From NCBI GenBank assembly GCA_963708135.1, contig OY970192.1:576001-640000 (forward strand): DNA of 64,000 bases, written 5' to 3'. A program made the position numbers and the translations under genes. Below are positions 29,186 through 37,976 of this stretch, piece by piece (position 1 is the first letter of the stretch; each line of letters opens with the position of its first letter). The notes beneath the pieces are model-generated. The model had not been told where the DNA came from and made no database searches. It saw nothing but the letters and a program-made list of their open reading frames with translations. This stretch comes from an uncultured Gemmatimonadales bacterium (GTDB taxonomy: Bacteria; Gemmatimonadota; Gemmatimonadetes; Longimicrobiales; RSA9).

Positions 29186-31345
29186 ATGGTCGCCAATTTC
29201 GCACGGTCGCCCCAGGGGCGGCCCACAGTGCCGGTGTACAATGCACCGCATGCTGCGCTGCTCATCGACTTCGACAACGTGACGATGGGGATCCGCAGCG
29301 ACCTCACGAAGGAACTCAAGAACCTCCTCAACAGCGACATCATCAAGGGCAAGGTGGCCGTCCAGCGCGCATACGCGGACTGGCGCCGCTATCCCCAGTA
29401 CATCGTGCCGCTGTCGGAGGCGTCCGTGGACCTGATCTTCGCGCCGGCCTACGGCAGCTCGAAGAAGAACGCCACGGACATCCGCCTGGCCATCGACGCG
29501 CTGGAGCTGGTCTTCACGCGTACCGAGATCGGCACCTACATCCTGCTCTCCGGCGACTCCGACTTCAGCAGCCTCGTGCTCAAGCTGAAGGAGTACGGCA
29601 AGTACGTGATCGGCGTCGGGATCCGGGAGTCGGCCTCCGACCTGCTCGTGCAGAACTGCGACGAGTACTACTCCTACTCGATCCTCACCGGCCTGACGCG
29701 GGCGAGCGACGAGGAGCAGGTGCCGAGCGAGGATCCGTGGGTGCTGGTCGAGCGCGCCATCCGGCAGATGGCCGAGGACGGCGACGTCATGCGCTCCGAC
29801 CGCCTCAAGCAGGTCATGCTCGAGCTCGACCCGAACTTCAACGAGTCCACGCTCGGCTTCAGCAAGTTCAACAAGTTCGTGCAGGAGTCCGCGACCCGGA
29901 ACCTGCTCTCGATCCGCAAGCTGGAGAATGGACAGTACGAGGTCCGGCCGGTGGAGGAAGGCGAGCCGAAGCGAGAGCGCGAGAGCGCCGGCGGTCGCGG
30001 CCGCGCGCGCGGCCGCGACCGGGAGCGGGATCGGGATCGGGATCGGGAGCGGGATCGGGAGCGGGAGCGGGAGCGGGAGCGGGAGCGGGAAAAGCCCCCG
30101 GCCGCAGAGCCGGCGCCGCCCGCCCGCCCGCGGGCGGAGGAGCGCGTCGAGGTGGCCGCCCCGGCGCCGTCGGCCCCCGCGGGCGGCAACGGCCGGGGTC
30201 ACGACCTGCGCGCCGCCTACGATCTGCTGCGTCGCGCCGTGTCGGACGTGGCCGACGGCGCGGGCGAGGCGGCGCGGGATTCGGACGTGAAGCGTCGCAT
30301 GCTGGAGCTCGAGCCCGGTTGGGACGAGAGCACCTTCGGCTTCAGCAAGTTCAGCCGCTTCCTGCGCCAGGCGCATGATGCCGAGGTGATCAACCTGCAG
30401 AAGGCGGACAACGGCATCTACGAGGTGCTCCTTCCCGAGGGCGCCGGCCGGCGCCCGGCCGAGGAGCCGGCGGAGTCCGCACCGCGTGGACGCGTCCGCC
30501 GCGGCGGACGGCGCGAGGCGGAGCCGGAGCCCGCCGAGCCGGCGAAGCCCGCTCCCGAGTCGGCCGCGGAGTCGCGGCCCTCGAAGCCCACCGCGGAGGC
30601 CGCGCCCGCGGAGGCGGAGAAGGTCGCGCCCGCCGTCGAGCGGAAGCAGCCGCCGGCAGCGCCGGCGGAGAAGCCGGCTGCGGCGCAGCAGGCCGCGCGC
30701 CCCGCTCCGGTCAGCCGGCTGGGGCTGCGTCGCGGGACCCGCCGTGGCAGTGCACCTTCCGGCCCGCCGCCGATCCTGCCGGGTCAGGCGGTGCCGAGCA
30801 GCAAGGCGGCGAGCGGCAGGGCGGAGAAGGAGGCCGTCCCCGCGGCGGCGGCGGAGCAGGAGTCTGCGGCGCCGGCCGTGAAGGGGCGTCGCAGCCGCGG
30901 CGGCCGTGGCCGGGGCGGGAAGCGGGAGGCCGCGCCGGAGACCGCGCAGAAGCCGGAGGAGGTTCCGGCCGCGCACGGCCTGGCCGAACGGCTGGAGCTG
31001 CCGACCGACCGCGAGGGCGTCGTCAGCTACCTGAGCCGCCGCTACAAGGGCATCGGGCGGAAGACGGCCGAGATGCTGGCCGATGCCGCGGGACCCGAGC
31101 ACGTGTTCCAGGTGCTGCACGACGAGCCTGACCGGGTCCGCGAGGTGCTGGGCGGCAAGCGGGCGGAGACCCTGCTCGAGGCCTGGGCGGCCGATTACGC
31201 CGGCCGTGCCGCGCGGGATGGAGCCGTGGCGACCGCCGCGACCGAGCCGGAGGAAGGCGAGGAGCCGAAGAGCGGCGCACGAACGCGCGGCCGGCGTGGA
31301 GGGCGGCGCGGTGCCCGGAAGAAGAAGGCCGCCGCCCCGGAATGA
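29186..31345 (+). CDS. NYN (PIN-like) domain protein with two OST-HTH/LOTUS domains and a C-terminal HhH module
   Basis: ALLIDFDN, KNATDIRLAID, LLSGDSDF, LVQNCDEY (NYN); two copies of (L/V)KxxMLELxPx(F/W)xESTxGFSKF (LOTUS); YKGIGRKTAE (HhH); AGGAGA RBS. Confidence 0.88.
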   Translation: MVANFARSPQGRPTVPVYNAPHAALLIDFDNVTMGIRSDLTKELKNLLNSDIIKGKVAVQRAYADWRRYPQYIVPLSEASVDLIFAPAYGSSKKNATDIRLAIDALELVFTRTEIGTYILLSGDSDFSSLVLKLKEYGKYVIGVGIRESASDLLVQNCDEYYSYSILTGLTRASDEEQVPSEDPWVLVERAIRQMAEDGDVMRSDRLKQVMLELDPNFNESTLGFSKFNKFVQESATRNLLSIRKLENGQYEVRPVEEGEPKRERESAGGRGRARGRDRERDRDRDRERDREREREREREREKPPAAEPAPPARPRAEERVEVAAPAPSAPAGGNGRGHDLRAAYDLLRRAVSDVADGAGEAARDSDVKRRMLELEPGWDESTFGFSKFSRFLRQAHDAEVINLQKADNGIYEVLLPEGAGRRPAEEPAESAPRGRVRRGGRREAEPEPAEPAKPAPESAAESRPSKPTAEAAPAEAEKVAPAVERKQPPAAPAEKPAAAQQAARPAPVSRLGLRRGTRRGSAPSGPPPILPGQAVPSSKAASGRAEKEAVPAAAAEQESAAPAVKGRRSRGGRGRGGKREAAPETAQKPEEVPAAHGLAERLELPTDREGVVSYLSRRYKGIGRKTAEMLADAAGPEHVFQVLHDEPDRVREVLGGKRAETLLEAWAADYAGRAARDGAVATAATEPEEGEEPKSGARTRGRRGGRRGARKKKAAAPE
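30020..30091 (+). repeat. tandem hexamer repeat (CGGGAN)x12 encoding an RE/RD tract
   Basis: 12 consecutive CGGGAG/CGGGAT/CGGGAA units inside the NYN gene. Confidence 0.9.
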
Positions 31346-31968
31346 GCGGGAGGCGAACGACGGCGGGGGCGGCGCTCCCGCCGTCTTTCTACGAGCGGGA
31401 CACGCAGCGGGTCGCGCGCGAGCTGCTGGGCAGCGTGCTGGTCTCCCGCGTTGGTGGCGTGTGGACGGCCGGGCGCATCGTGGAGACGGAAGCCTACGTC
31501 GGGCCGCACGACCCGGCCTCGCACGCCGCCGAGCGGATCGGCCGCACGGCCCGCAACGCGGCGATGTTCGGCCCGCCGGGTCGGGCCTACGTCTACCGCA
31601 TCTACGGGCTGCATTGGTGTCTGAACGCCGTCACCGGTCCGGAGGGGCAGGGGACGGCGGTGCTCATCCGGGCACTCGAGCCGCTGGAGGGGCTCGAGGT
31701 GATGGCGGAGCGCCGTGCCACCGGAAGCCGGAGCGGGGCCGCGCCGCCGCCCCTTGCCCTCGCGAGCGGCCCCGCGCGGCTCGCGCAGGCGCTGGGCATC
31801 ACGGGGGAGCTCGACACCCACCCGCTGGATGCGCCGCCACTCTGGATCGAGGCGGGCGCGCCGGTCCCGCCGGACGCCGTGGCCGCCGGGCCGCGAATCG
31901 GCGTGACGCGGGCCGCGGACTGGCCGCTCCGCTTCGTGGTCCGGGGCAGCCGCTGGCTCTCTCGCTAG
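31342..31968 (+). CDS. DNA-3-methyladenine glycosylase (MPG/AAG family)
   Basis: GRIVETEAYVG.HDPASH, AMFGPPGRAYVYRIYGLHWCLN, AVLIRALEP, GPRIG. Confidence 0.93.
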   Translation: MSGRRTTAGAALPPSFYERDTQRVARELLGSVLVSRVGGVWTAGRIVETEAYVGPHDPASHAAERIGRTARNAAMFGPPGRAYVYRIYGLHWCLNAVTGPEGQGTAVLIRALEPLEGLEVMAERRATGSRSGAAPPPLALASGPARLAQALGITGELDTHPLDAPPLWIEAGAPVPPDAVAAGPRIGVTRAADWPLRFVVRGSRWLSR

Positions 31969-32006
31969 CGCGCTTCGATTCGCTATGTGTTGATCTGATA
32001 TTCGGT

Positions 32007-32021
32007 TGGCACGCCTCCTGC
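32007..32021 (+). promoter_or_regulatory. putative sigma54 (-24/-12) promoter
   Basis: TGGCACG-CCTC-CTGC gives GG-N10-GC with a consensus -24 box; an AT-rich patch lies just upstream. Confidence 0.55.
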
Positions 32022-32077
32022 GCTTTCGGTGGAGTGCGGCAACGCACCCGAATCGTAGTTGAGCAAGGAGGCGAGAG

Positions 32078-32272
32078 ATGGCGAGTGTACCCGGACCGCA
32101 ACCCGGGCGGCCGCTCCCGACGCCGGGCGCTCCGGCCGAGGAGCCGGTCCATGCGCCGGAGGAGCAGCCGGGGGTCTCGGAGCCCGATCGGGGTGCCGAT
32201 CCCGAGTGGCTGCCGCGGCCGTACGACCCGGAGCGCGAATACGAGGAGCCGGAGCTGCCGGCCGGCGTCTGA
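32078..32272 (+). CDS. small Pro/Glu-rich hypothetical protein (64 aa)
   Basis: Strong AAGGAGG RBS, own putative promoter and downstream terminator; fills an intergenic gap. Confidence 0.55.
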   Translation: MASVPGPQPGRPLPTPGAPAEEPVHAPEEQPGVSEPDRGADPEWLPRPYDPEREYEEPELPAGV

Positions 32273-32297
32273 CGCCGGCCCGACCAGGTCATAGAGG

Positions 32298-32330
32298 AAC
32301 GCCCCCGCGCCGTCCGCGCGGGGGCGTTTT
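32298..32330 (+). terminator. intrinsic terminator
   Basis: AACGCCCCCGCGC-CGTCC-GCGCGGGGGCGTT perfect 13-bp stem running into TTTT. Confidence 0.8.
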
Positions 32331-32406
32331 CGTTGGTGGACAGAGCTCCATGGGCGGCCTACATTGCCGGCGGAAGTCGTGTGCTGACGACCGAAAAGGA
32401 GCTGTC

Positions 32407-33156
32407 GTGAAGACCTTCGTTTGCATCAAGCGTGTCCCGGACACGGAGGCGAGGATCAAGGTCGGCGCGGATGGGCGCTCGATCGATCCGGCCGGGATCA
32501 AGTTCGTGATCAGCCCGTACGACGAGTTCGCGCTGGAGGCCGCGCTGCGGCTGAAGGAGGCGGCGGGCGAGGGCGAGGTGGCGGTCGGGACGGTGGGAGA
32601 TGCAGCCTCCGGAGAGCAGCTGCGCTCGGCGCTCGCCATGGGTGCCGACCGGGCCGTGCTCCTCAAGGGCGGGACCACGCTCGACGGTTTGGCCACGGCG
32701 CACGCGCTGGCGGAGGAGCTGAAGGGAGCCGGCGCGGACCTGGTGCTGTTCGGGATGAAGGCCGCCGATGACGACCAGCAGCAGGTCGGGCCGATGGTGG
32801 CCGAGCTACTCGATCTGCCCTGCGTCACCGCGGTGGCGGCCATCGAGGTCGCCGATGGAAAGGTGGTCTGCCACCGCGAGGTCGAGGGCGGCGTCGAGAT
32901 CGTCGAGGCGCCGCTCCCCGCGGCCGTGACGATCACGAAGGGGAAGTTCGAGCCGCGCTACCCGTCCCTGAAGGGGATCATGGCGGCCAAGAGGAAGCCG
33001 CTCGAGGAGAAGGATGCTGCGCTGGGCCGGGCCCGGATCGAGGTGCGCTCGCTGGTGCCGCCGCCGGAGCGGCCGGCCGGCAGGATCGTGGGCGAGGGGC
33101 CGGACGCGGTGCCGGAGCTGGTCCGGCTGCTGCGCGACGAAGCGAAGGTGCTCTAA
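32407..33156 (+). CDS. etfB: electron transfer flavoprotein beta subunit
   Basis: GTG start after AAAGGAG; VCIKRVPDT, SPYDEFALEAALRL, ALAMGADRA, EPRYPSLKGIMAAK. Confidence 0.95.
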   Translation: MKTFVCIKRVPDTEARIKVGADGRSIDPAGIKFVISPYDEFALEAALRLKEAAGEGEVAVGTVGDAASGEQLRSALAMGADRAVLLKGGTTLDGLATAHALAEELKGAGADLVLFGMKAADDDQQQVGPMVAELLDLPCVTAVAAIEVADGKVVCHREVEGGVEIVEAPLPAAVTITKGKFEPRYPSLKGIMAAKRKPLEEKDAALGRARIEVRSLVPPPERPAGRIVGEGPDAVPELVRLLRDEAKVL

Positions 33157-33166
33157 GGGAGAGATC

Positions 33167-34141
33167 ATGCCGAACGTTCTTGCATTCACGGAGCAGCGGG
33201 ACGGCACGCTCCGGCGCGTCTCGACCGAGGTGGTCACGGCCGCGCGCACCGTGGCCGATGGCATCGGCGGCGCCGTCGATGCGCTTCTGCTCGGCCCCGC
33301 CGGCGTGGAGGCGCAGGCCGCCGAGCTCGGCCGCTACGGCGCGGAGCGGGTGCTCGTCGGGGAGAGCGACGTCTTCGGGAGCTACGATCCGGAGGCGTTC
33401 ACTGCGGCGGTCGTGGCGCAGGTCCAGGGGAAGGCTTGCTTCGCCGTCCTGTTCCCGGCCAGCTCGGTCGGGAAGGACCTCGCCGCCCGGGTGGCGGCGC
33501 GCCTCGATGTGCCGCTCGCGGCAGACGCGACCGGCCTCGTGGTCGAGGGCGGCGAGCTCGTGGTCACGCGCCCGGTATACGGCGGCCGCGCGTTCGCGAC
33601 GCTCACGCTGGCCGCGGAGCCGCGGCTCGTCTCGGTGCGCTCGAACGTGGTGCGGGCGGAGGAGCGGCCGAGGCAGCCGGCCGTCGAGCGCATCGACGTG
33701 AGCGGCATCCAGCCCGGACGCGTCCGGATCCGGTCCGTCGAGGCCGCAGGGGGCGAGAAGCTGGACGTCGCGGAGGCGCCGGTGGTGGTGAGCGGCGGAC
33801 GCGGCATGCGCGAGCCCGACAACTGGAAGCTGCTCGAGCAGTTGTGCGAGGCGCTCGGCCCGCAGTGCGCGCTCGGCGCGTCGCGCGCGGTCGTGGACGC
33901 CGGCTGGCGGCCCCATGCCGAGCAGGTCGGGCAGACCGGCAAGACGGTCTCGCCGCAGCTCTACATCGCCGTCGGTATCAGCGGCGCGATGCAGCACCTG
34001 GCCGGCATGCGGAGCGCGAAGACCATCGTCGCCATCAACAAGGATGCCGATGCGCCGATCTTCAAGGTCGCCGACTACGGCATCGTCGGCGACGCCATGG
34101 AGATCGTGCCGCGCCTGACGAAGGAGCTCGCCGGCGGCTGA
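33167..34141 (+). CDS. etfA: electron transfer flavoprotein alpha subunit
   Basis: [58 protein letters not shown]. Confidence 0.96.
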   Translation: MPNVLAFTEQRDGTLRRVSTEVVTAARTVADGIGGAVDALLLGPAGVEAQAAELGRYGAERVLVGESDVFGSYDPEAFTAAVVAQVQGKACFAVLFPASSVGKDLAARVAARLDVPLAADATGLVVEGGELVVTRPVYGGRAFATLTLAAEPRLVSVRSNVVRAEERPRQPAVERIDVSGIQPGRVRIRSVEAAGGEKLDVAEAPVVVSGGRGMREPDNWKLLEQLCEALGPQCALGASRAVVDAGWRPHAEQVGQTGKTVSPQLYIAVGISGAMQHLAGMRSAKTIVAINKDADAPIFKVADYGIVGDAMEIVPRLTKELAGG

Positions 34142-34317
34142 GCTGTCGTCCAGCGGGAGTCATCCGGGCTTCCGGCGTCGAGCCGCGGTGCCGCGTCGCG
34201 CGTGGGTCACGCGGGCGGGGCTTGTCTTTCACGCCGGGCCGGTGAAGCTTCCGGCCTGACGGGCCGCCGCCGACCGGGTCGGGGGCCGCTTCCGATTCAC
34301 CCCAGCGGGACTTCGCG

Positions 34318-35511
34318 ATGCCCGATCCTCACGCGGCCGGCCCGGGCCGGCCCCGCCGCCCGTTCCGCGTCCTCCTGCTGCTGGCCGCGGGCGTCTCGCT
34401 CGCGGTCGTGGCCGCCCTCGCCTCCCGCAGGGCGACGCCGCCCGCCACGTCCACCCTGGCGGTGGTGAACGGAACGCCCGCCCAGTCAACGGGACCCACG
34501 CTCCGGCTCCGGATGGACGGCGCGGCGCACGAGGCGCTGCTCGAGCTGGGGCCGATCGACCTTCCCGCCGGCTGGTCCCATCACCAGGTCCGGCAGCCGC
34601 GCGCGCAGGAGGTGGCCTTTCCGGGCGCCGGCTGGCTGCACGGCTACTCGGTGGAGCTGGTGGACCGCGATGGGCGGCCGGTGCCGCACGCGGTGCTCCA
34701 CCACCTGAATCTCATCGAGCCCACGCAGCGCGAGCTGTTCAGCCCGATCATGCTCCGCGTGGGCGCCATGGGCTCCGAGACCTCACCCGTGCACCTGCCC
34801 CGCCTGCTCGGCTATCCCGTCCGGCAGGGAGACTCGCTGCTGGTCACGGCCATGTTCCACAACCCGACGAGCGCATCGTACGCGGGGGTCACGCTGCGCG
34901 TTCACCTCGAGTTCACGCCCGCCTCGACGTGGCTGCCGCCGTTCTCGTTCCACCCGATCTACATGGATGTCATGCCGCCCGCCGGCACCCACGCCTACGA
35001 CCTGCCGAGCGGCCGCTCCAGCCGCAGCTGGGAGGCACGGCCGGCGCTGTCCGGCCGCATCCTCGGTCTCGGCGGCCACCTGCACCGCTACGCCACGCTG
35101 CTCCGGCTCGAGGACGTCACCGCCGGAAAGGTGCTCTGGGAGAGCCGCCCGATCCTCGACGCCGCGCGCGACGTGGTCGGGATGCCGCAGACCATGCTGT
35201 ACTGGCGCGGCGGCATCAGGATCGATGCCGAGCATCTCTACCGCCTCACCGCCTTCTACAACAACCCCACCGGCCGGATGATCCCGGAGGGCGCCATGGG
35301 CGCGCTGGGCGGCGCTTTCATCCCCGCGCGCGGCGCCGCCTGGCCCGCCATCGACCGCCACGATCCGGAGTACCTCAGGGACGTCCAGGTCACCTGGGCC
35401 GGGATGCGCGAGATGAGCGGGATGGGAGATATGGGCGGGCGGTCCGGAATGAGCCGGGGCGGCGCGAGCGGCGGGACGTCCGGCAACCGAGAGCCGCCGC
35501 CCGGCCACTGA
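34318..35511 (+). CDS. exported hypothetical protein with PHM/copper type II monooxygenase-like His/Met motifs
   Basis: N-terminal hydrophobic signal; VLHHLN, MFHN, GGHLH, EGAMG; Met/Gly-rich tail. Confidence 0.55.
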   Translation: MPDPHAAGPGRPRRPFRVLLLLAAGVSLAVVAALASRRATPPATSTLAVVNGTPAQSTGPTLRLRMDGAAHEALLELGPIDLPAGWSHHQVRQPRAQEVAFPGAGWLHGYSVELVDRDGRPVPHAVLHHLNLIEPTQRELFSPIMLRVGAMGSETSPVHLPRLLGYPVRQGDSLLVTAMFHNPTSASYAGVTLRVHLEFTPASTWLPPFSFHPIYMDVMPPAGTHAYDLPSGRSSRSWEARPALSGRILGLGGHLHRYATLLRLEDVTAGKVLWESRPILDAARDVVGMPQTMLYWRGGIRIDAEHLYRLTAFYNNPTGRMIPEGAMGALGGAFIPARGAAWPAIDRHDPEYLRDVQVTWAGMREMSGMGDMGGRSGMSRGGASGGTSGNREPPPGH

Positions 35512-35617
35512 GCGGCCCCGGGGGCGGCCCGGAACTCGCGGGAGCGCCGGCCGGTACACGGTGAACTGCCCGCGCGCTGGAGCGCCGGCGGCCAACCGTC
35601 CCGAATGGAGACGCCCC

Positions 35618-36202
35618 ATGCGAGCTTCCGCTTCGATCCTTCTCGCCGCCTCGGTCGTGCTCGTGGCCGCCGCCGGCGCCGATGCCCAGGGTCTGCGCGT
35701 CACGCCGATGATCGGCGCCTATGTGCAGGGAAACAGCTTCAACCAGCTCCGCAGCAACGCCGATATGATCGACGTGAGCCGCTCCTCCGCGCTGGCGCTC
35801 GGCGCCGCCGTGGAGTTCGGCTTCCTGCGCGGAAGCCTTGCCTACGCCTCGGGCGCCACGGTGTCGCAGAACGGCGTCCAGGGCGACGTCGGCACGGGCA
35901 AGCTCCTCGCCGGCGCCGTGGACCTGGTGCTGCGCCCGCTCCCGCGCGTCATCGTGATCCAGCCGTACGTGCTCGGCGGGATCGGCTTCAAGAACCAGGA
36001 TTACTCCTGGAACAGCAGCCGGTTCGACGCCTTCCCCAGGAGCCAGCGCGGCACCGCGTACCACCTCGGGGTGGGCGCGGATCTCATGCTCGGCGGCTTC
36101 GGCATCACCGCCGAGGTGACCGATTACATCAGCAAGAAGGTGGGTGGCGGCCTCGGGCAGCACGACGCCTTCGCCATGCTGGGCGTGAAGCTCGGCCTCT
36201 GA
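35618..36202 (+). CDS. outer-membrane beta-barrel domain protein
   Basis: Signal peptide ADA|Q, QPYVLGGIG, alternating amphipathic strands. Confidence 0.65.
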   Translation: MRASASILLAASVVLVAAAGADAQGLRVTPMIGAYVQGNSFNQLRSNADMIDVSRSSALALGAAVEFGFLRGSLAYASGATVSQNGVQGDVGTGKLLAGAVDLVLRPLPRVIVIQPYVLGGIGFKNQDYSWNSSRFDAFPRSQRGTAYHLGVGADLMLGGFGITAEVTDYISKKVGGGLGQHDAFAMLGVKLGL

Positions 36203-36244
36203 GCCGCTCGTGAAGGTGCAGGGTGACCGCTGCCCCGCGAGGCA

Positions 36245-37921
36245 CTACATGCGACGGTACTTCGGCCCGCTTCCCCCCTCCCGCGGCGTCCATCTCGGCC
36301 CGATGTCGTCGGTCGCCTTGCAGTCCACGCAGTTGGGCGCGTTGACCACGAGCGCGTCGCCGTCGCGCTCGTAAACGCCGGCGGGGCACATGTGCTGGTA
36401 GAGCTCGGCCAGCTCGGGCGGGACCTGCTCGCCGACGATCAGGTGGGAGGGGATGTCGTCGCGCGTGGCGTTGCCGGACCTGAACACCGCGTCCAGCTTG
36501 CGGAACGTCAGGGTGCCGTCGGGCACGAGCGGCGGCCGGCCATCGCCCTGGCGCGGCACGCGGGCATCCGCCTCCATGGCGATGCGGCCGCCGGGGAAGG
36601 CGCCTCCCGTGATGGACATGAGCGCCGCCTTGACGCCGCCGACCCAGAAGCCGTCCCTGAAGGCGAGGCGCATGTTGCGGCGGGCGTGCAGCTCGCGCGT
36701 GACGAAGGAGTCGTCCATCATGCGGTCGTAGCTCCCGAGCCGCTGGGCCGACGTGTCGCCCTCCTTCAGCGCGTCGAAGATCGCGCGCGCCGCGCAGATC
36801 CCCGAGTACATCGCGTAGTGGATCCCCTTGAGCGAGGCCACCTCGACGTAGCCGGCGGAGTCTCCGACGATCAGCACGCCATCCCCGTGGCGCCGCCTGG
36901 GGATGGCGTAGTAACCGCCCTCCGGGATGGTCTTGGCGCCCCACTCGACCATCTCGCCGCCCTCGAGGTAGGGTCGGAACACCGGGTGCAGCTTCATGCG
37001 CTGGAGCAGATCGTGGACGTCGAGGTCGAGCTGCTTGTAGTCCAGCCCGACCACGAGACCGAGGGCCACCACGTTCGGCTCCAGCGGATACATGAAGCTG
37101 CCGCCGAAGGCATCGTTCGGCACCGGCCAGCCCATGGTGTGAATGATGGCGTCCAGCGGCCGCCTGGTCTCCCAGATCTCCTTCACCCCGAGCGCGTAGA
37201 TCTGCGGGTTCTGCGACGGCACCGCCTGCCACTGCAGGAACGCCTGCGAGAGCATCCCGCGCGTGCCCTCCGCCAGCACGGTCACCCGGGCCGTCACGTC
37301 CGTGGGCGGCATGTACCCGGTCCCCGGCTGGCCCTCGCGGTCCAGGCCCGTGGGCGTGGTGCGGATCCCCCTGACGCGTGTGTCCTCGACCAGCAGCGCG
37401 CCGGCGGGGAAGCCGGTGAAGATGTTCACGCCGGCGGCCTCGGCCTTCTCGCCGAGCCAGCGCACGATCTCGCAGATCGAGGCGATGTAGTTGCCGTGGT
37501 TGCGCATGGTGGGCGGCGTAGGCAGGCGCACCGAGCCGTTCTCCGTCAGCAGCAGCACGCGCTCGTTCTCGACCGGGCCGCGGAACGGGAACTCCTTCGC
37601 GTCCATGCCGGGAAACAGCTCGTGGAACGCGCGCGGGTTCACCACGGCGCCGGAGAGGCAGTGCTCGCCGAGCGACTCGGCCTTCTCGAGCACGCCGATC
37701 TCGATGGCGCCGAGCGTGCCGCCCCGCTCCGCGTCCTCGCGCACCAGGCGCGCGAGCTCGATCGCGCCGGCCAGCCCCGCCGGGCCGCCGCCCACGAACA
37801 ACACATCCATCTCGACGGCTTCCTCCTCGGGCGGATCGGACAGGATCAGCCGGTCCAGCGGCAGCGACGGCTGATACTCGGCCGGAACCACCGGGAGGCG
37901 ACGCTTCGCACCGTCGGGCAT
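36245..37921 (-). CDS. electron transfer flavoprotein-ubiquinone oxidoreductase
   Basis: VGGGPAGLA, HCLSGAV, LAEGTRG, GAKTIPEGGY, KGIHYAM, C-terminal CPAGVYE..NCVDCK and PREGGSGP. The Cys normally following CxxCK is missing (CKATD). Confidence 0.92.
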   Translation of the reverse strand: MPDGAKRRLPVVPAEYQPSLPLDRLILSDPPEEEAVEMDVLFVGGGPAGLAGAIELARLVREDAERGGTLGAIEIGVLEKAESLGEHCLSGAVVNPRAFHELFPGMDAKEFPFRGPVENERVLLLTENGSVRLPTPPTMRNHGNYIASICEIVRWLGEKAEAAGVNIFTGFPAGALLVEDTRVRGIRTTPTGLDREGQPGTGYMPPTDVTARVTVLAEGTRGMLSQAFLQWQAVPSQNPQIYALGVKEIWETRRPLDAIIHTMGWPVPNDAFGGSFMYPLEPNVVALGLVVGLDYKQLDLDVHDLLQRMKLHPVFRPYLEGGEMVEWGAKTIPEGGYYAIPRRRHGDGVLIVGDSAGYVEVASLKGIHYAMYSGICAARAIFDALKEGDTSAQRLGSYDRMMDDSFVTRELHARRNMRLAFRDGFWVGGVKAALMSITGGAFPGGRIAMEADARVPRQGDGRPPLVPDGTLTFRKLDAVFRSGNATRDDIPSHLIVGEQVPPELAELYQHMCPAGVYERDGDALVVNAPNCVDCKATDDIGPRWTPREGGSGPKYRRM

Positions 37922-37976
37922 CTCGTGCTCCTTTTCGGGTCAATTCGCGGCGGCCCGCTGCCCGGCCGCCGGGGGT

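Noticed and set aside
30020..30091. CRISPR array
   Set aside because: Spacer-less hexamer tandem inside a CDS; no cas genes.
32078..32272. Pup/UBact-like modifier or RiPP precursor
   Set aside because: Ends in LPAGV rather than GGE/GGQ/SGE; no ligase, proteasome or RiPP maturase adjacent.
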